A stretch of 64,000 nucleotides of DNA, taken from positions 517,963 through 581,962 of the forward strand of contig NZ_OZ244111.1 in NCBI RefSeq assembly GCF_965215655.1, in the 5' to 3' direction. Position numbers and translations under genes: made by a program. This DNA comes from Nioella sp. GTDB lineage: Bacteria; Pseudomonadota; Alphaproteobacteria; Rhodobacterales; Rhodobacteraceae. A model generated the notes under the pieces. It worked only from the letters and a program-made list of their open reading frames with translations, was not told where the DNA came from and searched no databases. Below are positions 17,549 to 28,108 of the stretch, one piece after another. Numbering within the stretch: position 1 is the stretch's first letter; each line of letters starts with the position of its first letter.

Positions 17549-18520
17549 TCACTCCCCTCCCGAGTGGTGCCGCTGGCTGCGGTCTGTCTTTTGTTGTGTC
17601 CCGGCCTGCGCGGCGTCCCTGATTAGGCTGGCCGCCACCCCAACGGCAATGGCCTGCGGGTGCTTGCCAAGGCTGGGGTCGCCGATTGGGCAGGTGATGC
17701 GCGAAATCTGGGCGTCCGAGTGCCCAAGCTGCTGCAAACGCTTGCGAAAGCGGGTCCATTTGGTGGCCGATCCGATGAGGCCGCAGAAGCGGAATCCGTG
17801 GCTTAGCGCGTTGTGGCAAAGCGCCAGGTCAATCTCGTGGCTATAGGTCAGGATCAGGTGTTGGGCGTCCGGTGGGGCCAGCCGCATGGCGGCGGGCATA
17901 TCGGGCGCGGGCAAGGCGGTGAGGTCTTGCGGAATATCCTGAGGAAAGCGATCCGGGGCACTGTCGATCCAGGTGATGGCGAAATCCGGCAGGGGCGTGA
18001 GCGTGGCAACGATGGCCCGACCCACATGGCCTGCGCCCCAGATCCAGAGCGGCGTGGCTGCGGACCGGATCGGTTCGACGAACCAGCCCTGAACAAGCTG
18101 CGCCTCAATCGGGCGATGACCCGCCCGTGAGGCGCGCAGATGGCCCGTCAGCTTTAGCGGCATTGCGTGGGTGGAGCCGGGCAGGGCGCGCGCATGGACA
18201 TCGCCAGTGACGCCTGCAAGGCGTGCCTCATCCCAGACCTCTGTCAGCAATTGCACCGCCCCGCCGCAGCACTGCCCCAGACCGGGGCCGAGCGGCACCT
18301 TGTCGAAACGGTCGGCGCTGGTCAGCGCCTGCCGCGCCCGGTCCACCGCCTGAAATTCCAGCGCGCCGCCGCCAATCGTGCCGGATTGTCCATCGGCCCA
18401 GACCAGCATGGAGGTTCCGGCCTCGCGCGGCACAGACCCGGCTGAGCCCGCGATCACGACCCGCGCAACGCGGCCATGCGCAGCGACAGCGGCGCGAAGG
18501 GCGTTCAGGTCGAGGCTCAT
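17549..18520 (-). CDS. xdhC: xanthine dehydrogenase accessory protein XdhC
   Basis: GSVPREAG, GTIGGGALE, LGQCCGG, WGAGHVG, LILTYSH, GLIGSATK, CPIG; ATGA overlap with xdhB. Confidence 0.93.
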   Translation of the reverse strand: MSLDLNALRAAVAAHGRVARVVIAGSAGSVPREAGTSMLVWADGQSGTIGGGALEFQAVDRARQALTSADRFDKVPLGPGLGQCCGGAVQLLTEVWDEARLAGVTGDVHARALPGSTHAMPLKLTGHLRASRAGHRPIEAQLVQGWFVEPIRSAATPLWIWGAGHVGRAIVATLTPLPDFAITWIDSAPDRFPQDIPQDLTALPAPDMPAAMRLAPPDAQHLILTYSHEIDLALCHNALSHGFRFCGLIGSATKWTRFRKRLQQLGHSDAQISRITCPIGDPSLGKHPQAIAVGVAASLIRDAAQAGTQQKTDRSQRHHSGGE

Positions 18521-20925
18521 CCTCTCGCCCTCTTGATGGCCGAAAGCACTTCCTCGGCGGTCGCGGGGGCTTGCAGGTCGGCATAGTTCGGCCCGCAGGC
18601 GGCCACCGCCTCGGACAGAGCAGACCAGACGCTGATCCCGTGCATGAAGGGCGGCTCGCCCACGGCCTTGGAGCGATAGATCGTCTCCTCGGGGTTGGGC
18701 GCGTCCCAAAGTGCGACGTTGAAGACGCGGGGCCGGTCCGAACAGGCGGGGATCTTGTAGGTCGAGGGCGCGTGGGTGCGCAGCCGCCCCTTGCCGTCCC
18801 AGACCAGTTCCTCGGTCGTGAGCCACCCCGCGCCCTGTACGAAAGCCCCTTCCACCTGACCGATATCGAGAACAGGGTTCAGGCTGCTGCCCGCGTCATG
18901 CAGGATGTCGGTGCGCAGGATACGGTTTTCGCCAGTGAGCGTGTCGATGACGACCTCTGAACAGGCCGCGCCTTGGGCGAAGTAGAAGAACGGACGCCCG
19001 CGCCCGGCGATGCGGTCCCATGCGACCTCGGGCGTTTTGTAAAACCCGGTAGCGGACAGACTGACGCGTCCCACATAGGCGCGGTTCGCGGCCTCGTCGA
19101 AGGGGATCGCCTCATTGCCCACATGCACCATGCCATCGGCAAACCGGACCTGCGCGGGCTTGGTCTGGTACTGCTCGGCAAAGAAGTCGGCCATCCGGTC
19201 GCGGATCGTGTCACAGGCGGCTTTTACGGCCATTCCGTTCAGGTCCGAGCCAGAGGAGGCCGCGGTGGCAGAGGTATTGGGCACCTTGCCGGTATCGGTC
19301 GCGGTGATCTTGACCCGGTCGAGCGGCACGCCGAAGCGGTCGGCGGCGACCTGCGCGACCTTCTGAAAGAGGCCCTGGCCCATTTCCGTACCGCCGTGGT
19401 TCAGGTGGATGGAGCCATCATTGTAGACATGCACCAGCGCGCCTGCCTGGTTGAGATGCGTGAGCGTGAAAGAGATGCCGAATTTCACCGGCGTCAGGGC
19501 GATGCCGCGTTTCAGCACCGGCTGGCTGGCATTCCAATCCGCAATCGCGGCGCGGCGGGAGTGGTAGTCGCAAGCCTGTGCCAGTTTCGCGGTCAGCCCG
19601 TTCAGGATGAAGTCCGTCACCGGCATGTGATAGGGCGTGGTCTGTTGCCCGGCTTCCATCGGTTCGGGCGAATGCGCGCCGCCGAAGCGTTTCGCGCCGC
19701 CAGTGCCGGAGCTGATCTTGTGCGCGGTGCCTGCGCCCTTCGCCTCGACATCGGCTTCCGGGTTTGCCCCCGGTTTACCGCCCATCTCGGCGTAGTAATT
19801 CGCCTTGCGCACCTCCAGCGGGTCGAGCCCAAGCGTATGGGCGATATGGTCCATCACCCGTTCGATCCCCAGAACCCCCTGCGGGCCGCCAAAACCGCGA
19901 TAGGCGGTGGCGCTTTGGGTGTTGGTGCGCAGCCGGTGCGAGGTGATCCGTGCGGCGGGCAGGTGATAGGCGTTGTCGGCATGCAGCATGGCGCGGTCGG
20001 CCACGGGCAGGGACAGGTCCAGCGCCCATCCGCAGCGGGTCATCTGCACGAAATCGACGCCAGTGAGCTTGCCATGGGCATCGACGCCCGCGCGGTAGTC
20101 GATGCGGAAATCGTGCCGCTTGCCGGTGATCATCATGTCATCGTCGCGGTCATAGCGCATCTTCACGGGGCGGCCCGTGCGATCCGCGACCATGGCGCAG
20201 GCGATGGCCAGATGGTTGCCCTGACTTTCCTTGCCGCCGAAGCCGCCACCCATGCGGCGCACTTCGACTCGCACCGCGTTCATCGGGCGGTGGAGCGCAT
20301 GGGCCACCTTGTGCTGGATTTCGCTTGGGTGCTGGGTGGAGCAATGCACCACCATATCGCCGCCTTCCTGCGGCAGGACCAGCGCGGCCTGACCCTCCAG
20401 ATAGAAATGCTCCTGCCCGCCCATCTTCAGCCGGCCTTCGATGATATGCGTGGCGCGGGCCAGCGCGGCATCAACATCGCCTTTTTCATAGATGCGGGGG
20501 CCGTCCTCGAACCTCGCATTTGCAGCGAGCGCCTGTTCGATGGTCAGGATGGGTTCCAGTTCCTCATACTCGACCTGCGCCAGCCGTGCGGCCTTGCGGG
20601 CGGCGAGGTGGCTGGTCGCGGCCACGAGGAAGAGCGGCTGACCGAGGTAATGCACACTGCCATCGGAGAGCAGCGGCTCGTCATGGGCCGAAGGCGAGCA
20701 GTCGGGGATCCCGTCGAAATCCTCACCGGCCAGCACCATCACCACACCGGGCGCAGCACGTACCGCGTCGAGATTCATGGAAATAATCCGACCATGGGCG
20801 ATTTCAGCCATGCCGAAAGCCAGATGCAGGCAGTTGGCCGGGACCGGGATGTCATCGACATAGCGGGCCTGGCCGGTCACATGCAGGGGCGCCGCGTCAT
20901 GGGGGAGGGATTTGTGAACGCTCAT
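18517..20925 (-). CDS. xdhB: xanthine dehydrogenase molybdopterin subunit
   Basis: [56 protein letters not shown]. Confidence 0.97.
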   Translation of the reverse strand: MSVHKSLPHDAAPLHVTGQARYVDDIPVPANCLHLAFGMAEIAHGRIISMNLDAVRAAPGVVMVLAGEDFDGIPDCSPSAHDEPLLSDGSVHYLGQPLFLVAATSHLAARKAARLAQVEYEELEPILTIEQALAANARFEDGPRIYEKGDVDAALARATHIIEGRLKMGGQEHFYLEGQAALVLPQEGGDMVVHCSTQHPSEIQHKVAHALHRPMNAVRVEVRRMGGGFGGKESQGNHLAIACAMVADRTGRPVKMRYDRDDDMMITGKRHDFRIDYRAGVDAHGKLTGVDFVQMTRCGWALDLSLPVADRAMLHADNAYHLPAARITSHRLRTNTQSATAYRGFGGPQGVLGIERVMDHIAHTLGLDPLEVRKANYYAEMGGKPGANPEADVEAKGAGTAHKISSGTGGAKRFGGAHSPEPMEAGQQTTPYHMPVTDFILNGLTAKLAQACDYHSRRAAIADWNASQPVLKRGIALTPVKFGISFTLTHLNQAGALVHVYNDGSIHLNHGGTEMGQGLFQKVAQVAADRFGVPLDRVKITATDTGKVPNTSATAASSGSDLNGMAVKAACDTIRDRMADFFAEQYQTKPAQVRFADGMVHVGNEAIPFDEAANRAYVGRVSLSATGFYKTPEVAWDRIAGRGRPFFYFAQGAACSEVVIDTLTGENRILRTDILHDAGSSLNPVLDIGQVEGAFVQGAGWLTTEELVWDGKGRLRTHAPSTYKIPACSDRPRVFNVALWDAPNPEETIYRSKAVGEPPFMHGISVWSALSEAVAACGPNYADLQAPATAEEVLSAIKRARG

Positions 20926-22301
20926 GCCGACACCTCCAGCACGTTGGACAGGGTGCCCTGATCCTCATGGAAATAGCGCAGGAGCATGTTGGCGGCGGTC
21001 TCCAGCCGGTAGGCGGCAGAGGCGCGCATGTCGGTGAGCGGGGTGAAATCCTGCGTATATGCCGCCATCGCGGCGCGGACGGTCGCTTCCGTCCAGGGCT
21101 GGCCGACCAGCGCGGCCTCGGCATTCGATGCCCGCTTGGGGATGCCCGCCATGCCGCCATAAGCCAGCTTCGCGTCGGTCACGGTGCCGTTCTCGACGGT
21201 GACACTCAGGCAGCCGCAGACGGCGGAGATGTCCTGATCGAAGCGCTTCGACAGCTTGTAGCAGCGCAGCCGGTCGGGTTGGGTCGGGATGGTGATGCCT
21301 TCCACGAATTCGCCGGCATCGCGGTCCTGCTTGCCGTAGTCGATGAAGAAGCTTTCCAGCGGGATCGTGCGGCGCGTATCGCCCTTGCGCAGGTGAAGTT
21401 GCGCGCCAAGCGCGATCAGGGCAGGTGGCGAATCCCCGATGGGCGATCCATTGGCGATATTGCCGCCGATGGTGGCCGCGTTCCTGACCTGCGTGGACGC
21501 AAACCGACGCAGCATCTCCGCAAAGGAAGGATGGCGGGGCGCGATGGCGGCATGAAGCTCCGTGAGAGACACCATCGCGCCCACATGCATCCCGGAAGCA
21601 TCTTCCGAGATGGTTTTCAGGTCGGCGCAGCCACCGAGAAAGGCGACCGGCGACAGGTCGCGCAGCATCTTGGTGACCCAGAGCCCGACATCCGTGGCTC
21701 CGGCAATGAGCGTGGCATCGGGGTTCGCCGCGTACCAGTCGGCCAGCTCATCGCTGCTGCCGGGGGCGAAGGGCAGTTGGCTGGCGTCCAACGCGGCCAC
21801 AGCGTCTCGGTCGGTTTGCATCCAGTCCGGCACAGGTTCAGACGCGGCAGCCTCAGCCGCGCGGATGATCGGTGCGTAGCCGGTGCAGCGGCAGAGGTTC
21901 CCCGCCAGCACATCGTCGAACGCCGTGTCGCCATTGGTATGGGCTGCGGCCAGCGAGGCCACGATGCCCGGCGTGCAGAACCCGCATTGCGACCCGTGAT
22001 GCTCCACCATCGCGGTCTGCACCGGATGCATCTGGCCATCGGGGCCGGAAATGCCCTCGACCGTGCGCACGGCCTTTCCGTTCAGCTGAGGCAGGAACAG
22101 GATGCAGCCATTGACCGCCTTCGATCCGTCTGCATCGGTGACAACCACGGTACATGCCCCGCAGTCGCCCTCGTTACAGCCTTCCTTGGTTCCGGTCAGG
22201 CCCTGCGTCTCGCGCAGCCAATCCAACAATGTGCGGGTAGACGGCTGATCCGTGATCCGGACCGGCGCGCCGTTGAGGAGGAAAACAACCTCGTCAGTCA
22301 T
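20922..22301 (-). CDS. xdhA: xanthine dehydrogenase small (Fe-S/FAD) subunit
   Basis: [44 protein letters not shown]. Confidence 0.97.
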   Translation of the reverse strand: MTDEVVFLLNGAPVRITDQPSTRTLLDWLRETQGLTGTKEGCNEGDCGACTVVVTDADGSKAVNGCILFLPQLNGKAVRTVEGISGPDGQMHPVQTAMVEHHGSQCGFCTPGIVASLAAAHTNGDTAFDDVLAGNLCRCTGYAPIIRAAEAAASEPVPDWMQTDRDAVAALDASQLPFAPGSSDELADWYAANPDATLIAGATDVGLWVTKMLRDLSPVAFLGGCADLKTISEDASGMHVGAMVSLTELHAAIAPRHPSFAEMLRRFASTQVRNAATIGGNIANGSPIGDSPPALIALGAQLHLRKGDTRRTIPLESFFIDYGKQDRDAGEFVEGITIPTQPDRLRCYKLSKRFDQDISAVCGCLSVTVENGTVTDAKLAYGGMAGIPKRASNAEAALVGQPWTEATVRAAMAAYTQDFTPLTDMRASAAYRLETAANMLLRYFHEDQGTLSNVLEVSA

Positions 22302-22583
22302 TCAATTCTCGCGTCGCCTTCTTTTCGGAGGGGCTTTGCCCTCATTTGCGCTGGCCCGATGCGACGTAAAGCCTGTGCGCGCTTCCCTGTTGGTGTGGTC
22401 AGGAAAGCGGCTTTTTGTCTCTGTGGCAAGCGACGCGGCGCATTGCAGCACAAAAAGACTTTCAGGTTTCTTGCGAAAATGAGTTGGATTCCCGCAAAGA
22501 GGTGAAAGATCAGGCTGTCTTGAAACGAGCGTCGTCCAACCACGGGGCTGGCAGCGCGTCTGGTGCTGCGCTAGCCTCGCACA

Positions 22584-25500
22584 ATGAGCAGCGCCCCCCG
22601 ATTCATCCATCTCCGCCTTCATACCGAATATTCCCTTCTGGAAGGGGCCGTGCCGGTCAAGAAACTGGCTGGCATGTGCGCGGGCGCCGGGATGCCCGCC
22701 GTGGCGGTAACCGAAACCAACAACATGTTCTCGGCCCTGCAGTTTTCGGAACTTGCGGCAGGGGCCGGGGTGCAACCCATTATCGGCTGCCAGATCAGCG
22801 TCGATTACGACCCGCCTCAGCCGGGGGAAAAGCCGCGCGCGTTTGCGCCCGTGGTGCTGCTGGCCCAGAACCGGACGGGCTATGAGCATCTGATGAAGCT
22901 CAACTCCTGTCTTTACCTGCGCGGCGATGGCAGCCTGCCGCATGTGACACTGGAGGAACTGGCCGTCCATTCCGAGGGGCTCATCTGCCTGACAGGCGGC
23001 CCCGATGGCCCGATCGGCCGCTTCCTGCGCAATGGACAGCGGGCCAAGGCCGAGGCGCTGATGGCGCGGTTGAAGGGCATCTATGGCGACCGGCTCTATG
23101 TCGAACTGCAACGCCACCCGGGCGAGGGCGGATTGCCAGAGGCGGAACAGAAATCCGAGCGCGGCCACGTGGAACTGGCCTATGCAATGGACCTGCCTCT
23201 GGTCGCGACCAATGATGTCTATTTCCCGAAATCCGACATGTACGAGGCTCATGACGCGCTGCTCTGCATTGCGGACGGTGCCTATGTGGACCAACAGGAA
23301 CCGCGCCGCCGCCTGACCCCGCAGCATTATTTCAAGACGCCCGAGGAGATGGCGACGCTGTTTGCCGATCTGCCCGAGGCGCTGGAAAACACCGTCGAGA
23401 TCGCCCGCCGCTGCGCCTTCCGTGCGCGGACACACCCGCCCATCCTGCCGAAATTCGCCGATGACGAGGTCAGCGAATTGCGCCGTCAGGCCAACGAAGG
23501 GTTGCAGGCGCGTCTGGCCGTGATCCCCCATGCGGTCAGCCCCGAGGAGTACCAGGCAAGGCTCGATTTCGAACTGGACATCATCGAGGGCATGGGCTTC
23601 CCCGGTTACTTCCTGATCGTGGCCGACTTCATCCAATGGGCCAAGGATCATGACATTCCGGTTGGTCCCGGGCGGGGGTCCGGGGCAGGGTCACTGGTGG
23701 CCTATGCGCTGACCATCACCGACCTCGACCCGCTGCGCTATTCGCTGCTGTTCGAACGCTTCCTGAACCCCGAACGGGTCAGCATGCCCGACTTCGATAT
23801 CGACTTCTGCATGGACCGCCGCGAAGAGGTGATCCGCTACGTGCAGGAGAAATACGGGCGCGAGAAGGTGGGCCAGATCATCACCTTCGGCGCGCTTCTG
23901 TCCAAGGCCGCCGTGCGCGACGTGGGCCGGGTGCTGCAAATGCCCTTCATGCAGGTGGATCGCCTGTCCAAGATGATCCCGGTCGAGGGCGTGAAACCCG
24001 TCTCGATCGAAAAGGCGCTGGCCGATGAACCCCGCCTGCGCGAGGCCGCGCGGGAAGAGGAGGTCGTCAAACGTCTGCTGGATTATGGCCAGCAGGTGGA
24101 AGGTCTGCTCAGGAACGCCTCGACCCACGCGGCTGGCGTGGTGATCGGGGACAGGCCGCTCGATGAGCTGGTGCCGCTCTATCAGGATCCCCGCTCCGAT
24201 ATGCCCGCAACCCAGTTCAACATGAAATGGGTTGAACCGGCGGGGCTGGTGAAATTCGACTTCCTCGGTCTGAAGACCCTGACCGTGGTGCAAAACGCCA
24301 TTGACCTGATTCATGGGCAGGGGCGCGACCTGCATATCGGGCCGGACGGGACGACGCTTTACGAGCCGCCCGCCGGGGCCGAGAACCAGATCAACGCCAT
24401 TCCGCTGGATGATGAGGCGACCTACAAGCTTTACGCCAGCGCCAAGACCGTCGCCGTGTTCCAGGTGGAAAGCTCGGGCATGATGGATGCGCTTCGGCGG
24501 ATGAAACCGACCTGTATCGAGGATATCGTGGCGCTTGTGGCGCTCTACCGTCCCGGCCCGATGGAGAACATCCCGACCTATTGCGAGGTCAAGAACGGGC
24601 TGAAGGAACGCGAATCCGTTCACCCGCTCATTGACCATATTTTGGAAGAAACCCAAGGCATCATCGTCTACCAGGAACAGGTGATGCAGATCGCGCAGGT
24701 CATGGCCGGGTACTCCCTTGGCGGCGCCGACCTGCTGCGCCGGGCCATGGGTAAGAAGATCGCCGAGGAGATGGCCAAGGAACGCCCAAAATTCGAAAAA
24801 GGGGCGATGGAAAACGGCGTCGACAAGAAGAAGGCGTCGGAGGTTTTCGACCTTCTTGAGAAGTTCGCCAACTATGGCTTCAACAAATCCCACGCGGCGG
24901 CCTATGCGGTGGTCAGCTACCAGACGGCCTGGCTGAAGGCCAATCATACGGTGGAATTCATGGCCGCCGTCATGAACTGCGATATCCACCTGACCGACAA
25001 GCTGAATGTCTACAAGCAGGAGGTGGACCGGCTGGAGATCGAGACCATCCCGCCTTGCGTCAACCGCTCTGCCGCGATGTTTACGGTGGACAAGGGCCGT
25101 GTCGTCTATGCGCTGGGTGGGCTCAAGAATGTGGGCGTCGAGGCGATGCGCCTGATCGAAGATGGCCGCGCCGGGCAGCCCTTTGCGACGCTCTTCGACT
25201 TTGCCCGCCGGGTGGATCTGAAACGGGTCGGCAAACGGCCGCTGGAAATGCTGGCGCGTGCCGGGGCGTTTGATGAGCTTGACCGCAATCGCCGCCGTGT
25301 CTTCGATAGCCTTGATGCATTGGTCGGCTATTCCGCTGCGATCCATGAACAGCGCAATTCCAACCAGGTGTCGCTCTTTGGCGAGGCGGGCGACGACCTG
25401 CCCGAACCGCGCCTGCCCAACCCTGCCGACTGGCTGCCCAATGAGCGACTGGCGGAGGAGCACAAGGCCGTCGGGTTCTATCTGTCGGGCCATCCGCTCG

Positions 25501-26081
25501 ATGACTACATGCCGGCGCTCAAACGCAAGAAATGCATGACGCTGGAGGAGGTGGAGCAGAAGGTGCAGGGCGGGGCCTTCGTGGCCAAGATGGCGGGGTC
25601 CGTGTCCTCCCGTCAGGAACGGAAAAGCCAGCGCGGCAACCGGTTTGCTTTCGTGCAGCTGTCAGACCCGACCGGGCTGTACGAGGTCACCATGTTCTCC
25701 GAGGTGCTGGAGGCAAGCCGCGAGTTTCTCGACAGCGGGTCGAACGTGGTGATCACGGCGGATGCGACCTATGAGGGCGAGCAGCTGAAACTGCTGGCCC
25801 GCACGGTGCAGCCGGTCGATGGCGTGGTTGCCGATGCGGGTGGATCGGGCCTGCGGATATTCATCGAGGAAGATGTGGCCATCCCCGCCGTTGCGGGCCT
25901 GCTGGACCGCGCGCGGGGCGAGGCGAAGCTGAAGGGCCGGGGGCCGGTCAGCCTGTGTTTGATGGATCCCGATCTGCCCGGTGAAGTCGACGTGCTGTTG
26001 GGCGAAGATTTCCCCGTGAACCCGCAGATCAAGGGTGCGTTGAAGAGCCTTGAGGGCGTTCTGATGGTGGAGGAGATCTGA
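22584..26081 (+). CDS. dnaE: DNA polymerase III alpha subunit
   Basis: PHP domain HLRLHTEYSLLEG; GRGSGAGS, SMPDFDIDF, KFDFLGL, YGFNKSHAAAY; C-terminal OB fold. Confidence 0.99.
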   Translation: MSSAPRFIHLRLHTEYSLLEGAVPVKKLAGMCAGAGMPAVAVTETNNMFSALQFSELAAGAGVQPIIGCQISVDYDPPQPGEKPRAFAPVVLLAQNRTGYEHLMKLNSCLYLRGDGSLPHVTLEELAVHSEGLICLTGGPDGPIGRFLRNGQRAKAEALMARLKGIYGDRLYVELQRHPGEGGLPEAEQKSERGHVELAYAMDLPLVATNDVYFPKSDMYEAHDALLCIADGAYVDQQEPRRRLTPQHYFKTPEEMATLFADLPEALENTVEIARRCAFRARTHPPILPKFADDEVSELRRQANEGLQARLAVIPHAVSPEEYQARLDFELDIIEGMGFPGYFLIVADFIQWAKDHDIPVGPGRGSGAGSLVAYALTITDLDPLRYSLLFERFLNPERVSMPDFDIDFCMDRREEVIRYVQEKYGREKVGQIITFGALLSKAAVRDVGRVLQMPFMQVDRLSKMIPVEGVKPVSIEKALADEPRLREAAREEEVVKRLLDYGQQVEGLLRNASTHAAGVVIGDRPLDELVPLYQDPRSDMPATQFNMKWVEPAGLVKFDFLGLKTLTVVQNAIDLIHGQGRDLHIGPDGTTLYEPPAGAENQINAIPLDDEATYKLYASAKTVAVFQVESSGMMDALRRMKPTCIEDIVALVALYRPGPMENIPTYCEVKNGLKERESVHPLIDHILEETQGIIVYQEQVMQIAQVMAGYSLGGADLLRRAMGKKIAEEMAKERPKFEKGAMENGVDKKKASEVFDLLEKFANYGFNKSHAAAYAVVSYQTAWLKANHTVEFMAAVMNCDIHLTDKLNVYKQEVDRLEIETIPPCVNRSAAMFTVDKGRVVYALGGLKNVGVEAMRLIEDGRAGQPFATLFDFARRVDLKRVGKRPLEMLARAGAFDELDRNRRRVFDSLDALVGYSAAIHEQRNSNQVSLFGEAGDDLPEPRLPNPADWLPNERLAEEHKAVGFYLSGHPLDDYMPALKRKKCMTLEEVEQKVQGGAFVAKMAGSVSSRQERKSQRGNRFAFVQLSDPTGLYEVTMFSEVLEASREFLDSGSNVVITADATYEGEQLKLLARTVQPVDGVVADAGGSGLRIFIEEDVAIPAVAGLLDRARGEAKLKGRGPVSLCLMDPDLPGEVDVLLGEDFPVNPQIKGALKSLEGVLMVEEI

Positions 26082-26189
26082 GTTGGATCGGATGGGTTGC
26101 CTTTGAGCCGAACTCGTGTTGAGAACTCCTATATGGACGATCCCAGGGCTTCACTTGGGTATTTGGTAATGAGTTAGGAGTGAAACCAG

Positions 26190-26696
26190 ATGTTGTCTTT
26201 TTCCCTGCGTCGATACTCGATTTGCCGCAAAACGATTGTTCCGTTGTTTCTGATCACCTGCCTTGCGGCTTCTTGCGCTCCGGTTGTTGAAACGAGCCAA
26301 CGCGGGGACCCCGGTTGCATGTTCCAGCCAGGTTCACCGACCTCCTGCACGCGGATCTATGCCTGCATTGGCGGCGAGGATATCCTTGCAGGTCGAGCGG
26401 TCGGATGGGAGGAAGGCGTGGTCGCCGCCACCATGTCCAACGGCGCAAGCTGTGAAGGGACGTTTCAGGCCACCCGACAGGGTGGAACGGTTTCATTCAC
26501 CTGCGATGATGGTCAAAGCGCGGGCGTGAATTTCACGCTGGCCGGCAACAGGTCCAGCACCGCTATCGGCATCGGAAGAACGGATCAGGGCCGCACGATC
26601 CAAGGTTGGACCGGCCCCGCCTTGCGAGAGTTTTTTGCTAACACAAACGGCGGGCAACTGCCTGTTTGCGGTGGTCAATCCATCCAACCGGTGTGA
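26190..26696 (+). CDS. Cys-rich hypothetical lipoprotein
   Basis: SD AGGAG; lipobox-like LAASC; several downstream Cys; lower GC than its neighbours. Confidence 0.6.
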   Translation: MLSFSLRRYSICRKTIVPLFLITCLAASCAPVVETSQRGDPGCMFQPGSPTSCTRIYACIGGEDILAGRAVGWEEGVVAATMSNGASCEGTFQATRQGGTVSFTCDDGQSAGVNFTLAGNRSSTAIGIGRTDQGRTIQGWTGPALREFFANTNGGQLPVCGGQSIQPV

Positions 26697-26738
26697 AGGC
26701 ATATCAGGATCCCGTCTTGCAGATTGTGGGTCTGCAAC

Positions 26739-27204
26739 CTAACCCGTCCCAATGGTCAGCCCCGATATGTTCACCCCCTGCGTCTTCCAGAAATGCCGCA
26801 GGTCGATGAACATCTGGGTCTCGGCCAGTGTCTCCCTCTTTCGCCGCTCCCCTGCCAATGGATCTCTCCCGGAGCTGCGTCGTCCATATCGAGGGCCGCT
26901 TGCCTGCGCAAAGCAGCATCTGGCGCACCAGTGAGGGCCTGGATTCATTCTCCACCGCACCCCGAGCAAGGCTCCCTGGGGCGTTTTCTGGACGAAGACA
27001 CGAGGATCGCCGAGGACTGGGAGCCGCAGGTCGGTCAGATATCTGCCGATGGTCGCCGCATCGACTGGCCCGGTTGCCGGTCGATGCGCGCGGATTGCCA
27101 GCGACCGGGGCGACAGGGCGCCATTTGGCGCAGAGGGCAACAATCCGCCCTCGACGGAGGGTTGTGAGGCGGGTGAGGCGGGCAGCGTGATGCAGGGTGT
27201 CCAT
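26739..27204 (-). pseudogene. possible degraded/frameshifted hypothetical gene
   Basis: Protein-like stretches alternate between minus-strand frames; no single convincing ORF. Confidence 0.25.
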
Positions 27205-27334
27205 CTTGCGAGGTCGCCGGTGTGATTTGGCAATTGCGGCCCGTCCCCGAATCGGCTGTACAACCCGGAGCGTTCACGGCCAGCGGACCGGGGGCGAACA
27301 TGGAGGGCGACCGATAGGGGCCGTAATCGAATCC

Positions 27335-28084
27335 TTGCCGCTTGGCGTTCTGGCCGCGGCGCTGGCGATCACCTTCTTCGGGGGCGTGGTCAAGGGCGTG
27401 GTGGGATTTGCCCTGCCGTTGATCATGATCTCTGGCCTCAGTGCGATCATGCCGCCGGAAATCGCGCTGGCGGCGCTTCTGCTGCCCGCGGCGCTGACCA
27501 ATATGTGGCAAGCGTTTCGGCAGGGTCTGGGGGCGGCGGCGCAGTCTCTGCGGGGGCATTGGCCCTTCATGCTGATCGGACTCGGCGTCATGGCGGTGGC
27601 GGCGCAGATGGTTCTGGACGTGCCGCAATGGGCCTTCTTCGGGATCATCGGGGTGCCGGTGGTGATCTATGCCAGCCTGCAACTGATGGGCCGGCCGATC
27701 CGGGTTCCGGCGCGGCGGCGGGGGTTGGCGGTACTGCTGTTCGGCGGGCTTGCCGGGGTTCTGGGGGGCTTCGCGGCGGTTTTCGGACCGCCGACGGTGG
27801 CCTATCTGATGTCGCGCGACGCGGAAAAGGCAGAGCAGGTGCGGGTGCAGGGGATGATGTACTTCCTCGGCAACGTTCTGCTGTTCGGGGCGCATCTGCG
27901 ATCCGGCGTGCTGAATGCGGACACGATCCCGCTGACGGTGCTGATGCTGCTGCCTGCATTCGCGGGGATGTGGTTGGGGTTCAGACTCCAGGACCGGATG
28001 AACAAGGCGCAATTCCTGCGGGCCACGCTGGTGGTGCTGCTGATTGCCGGACTCAACCTTGTTCGGCGGGCTGTTTTCGTGTGA
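27335..28084 (+). CDS. TauE/SafE family (sulfite exporter-like) membrane protein
   Basis: GGVVKGVVGFALPLIM, LGGFAAVFGPP, about 8 TM; start uncertain (TTG 27335 or non-canonical ATA 27314 / ATC 27326). Confidence 0.85.
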   Translation: MPLGVLAAALAITFFGGVVKGVVGFALPLIMISGLSAIMPPEIALAALLLPAALTNMWQAFRQGLGAAAQSLRGHWPFMLIGLGVMAVAAQMVLDVPQWAFFGIIGVPVVIYASLQLMGRPIRVPARRRGLAVLLFGGLAGVLGGFAAVFGPPTVAYLMSRDAEKAEQVRVQGMMYFLGNVLLFGAHLRSGVLNADTIPLTVLMLLPAFAGMWLGFRLQDRMNKAQFLRATLVVLLIAGLNLVRRAVFV

Positions 28085-28108
28085 GGTCCCGTCGGGGAGG
28101 ATAATGGC

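Noticed and set aside
17549-18826. 425-aa extended XdhC
   Set aside because: The extension overlaps xdhB in another frame; the real start is the ATGA overlap at 18520
18973-20961. Long antisense ORFs (e.g. 662 aa over xdhB, 930 aa over parC, 710 aa over the GcvT-family gene, 682 aa over the spc genes)
   Set aside because: Typical shadow ORFs opposite strongly biased high-GC coding sequences; no protein motifs
22302-22583. Known xanthine (NMT1) or purine riboswitch upstream of xdhA
   Set aside because: Could not find the conserved NMT1 or purine-riboswitch sequence blocks on the minus strand; an Infernal scan would be needed to exclude it fully
24310-24400. Insertion in DnaE (GQGRDLHIGPDGTTLYEPPAGAENQ) as an intein or mobile insert
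   Set aside because: Only ~25 aa, no intein Cys/His-Asn termini; from recall a lineage-typical loop
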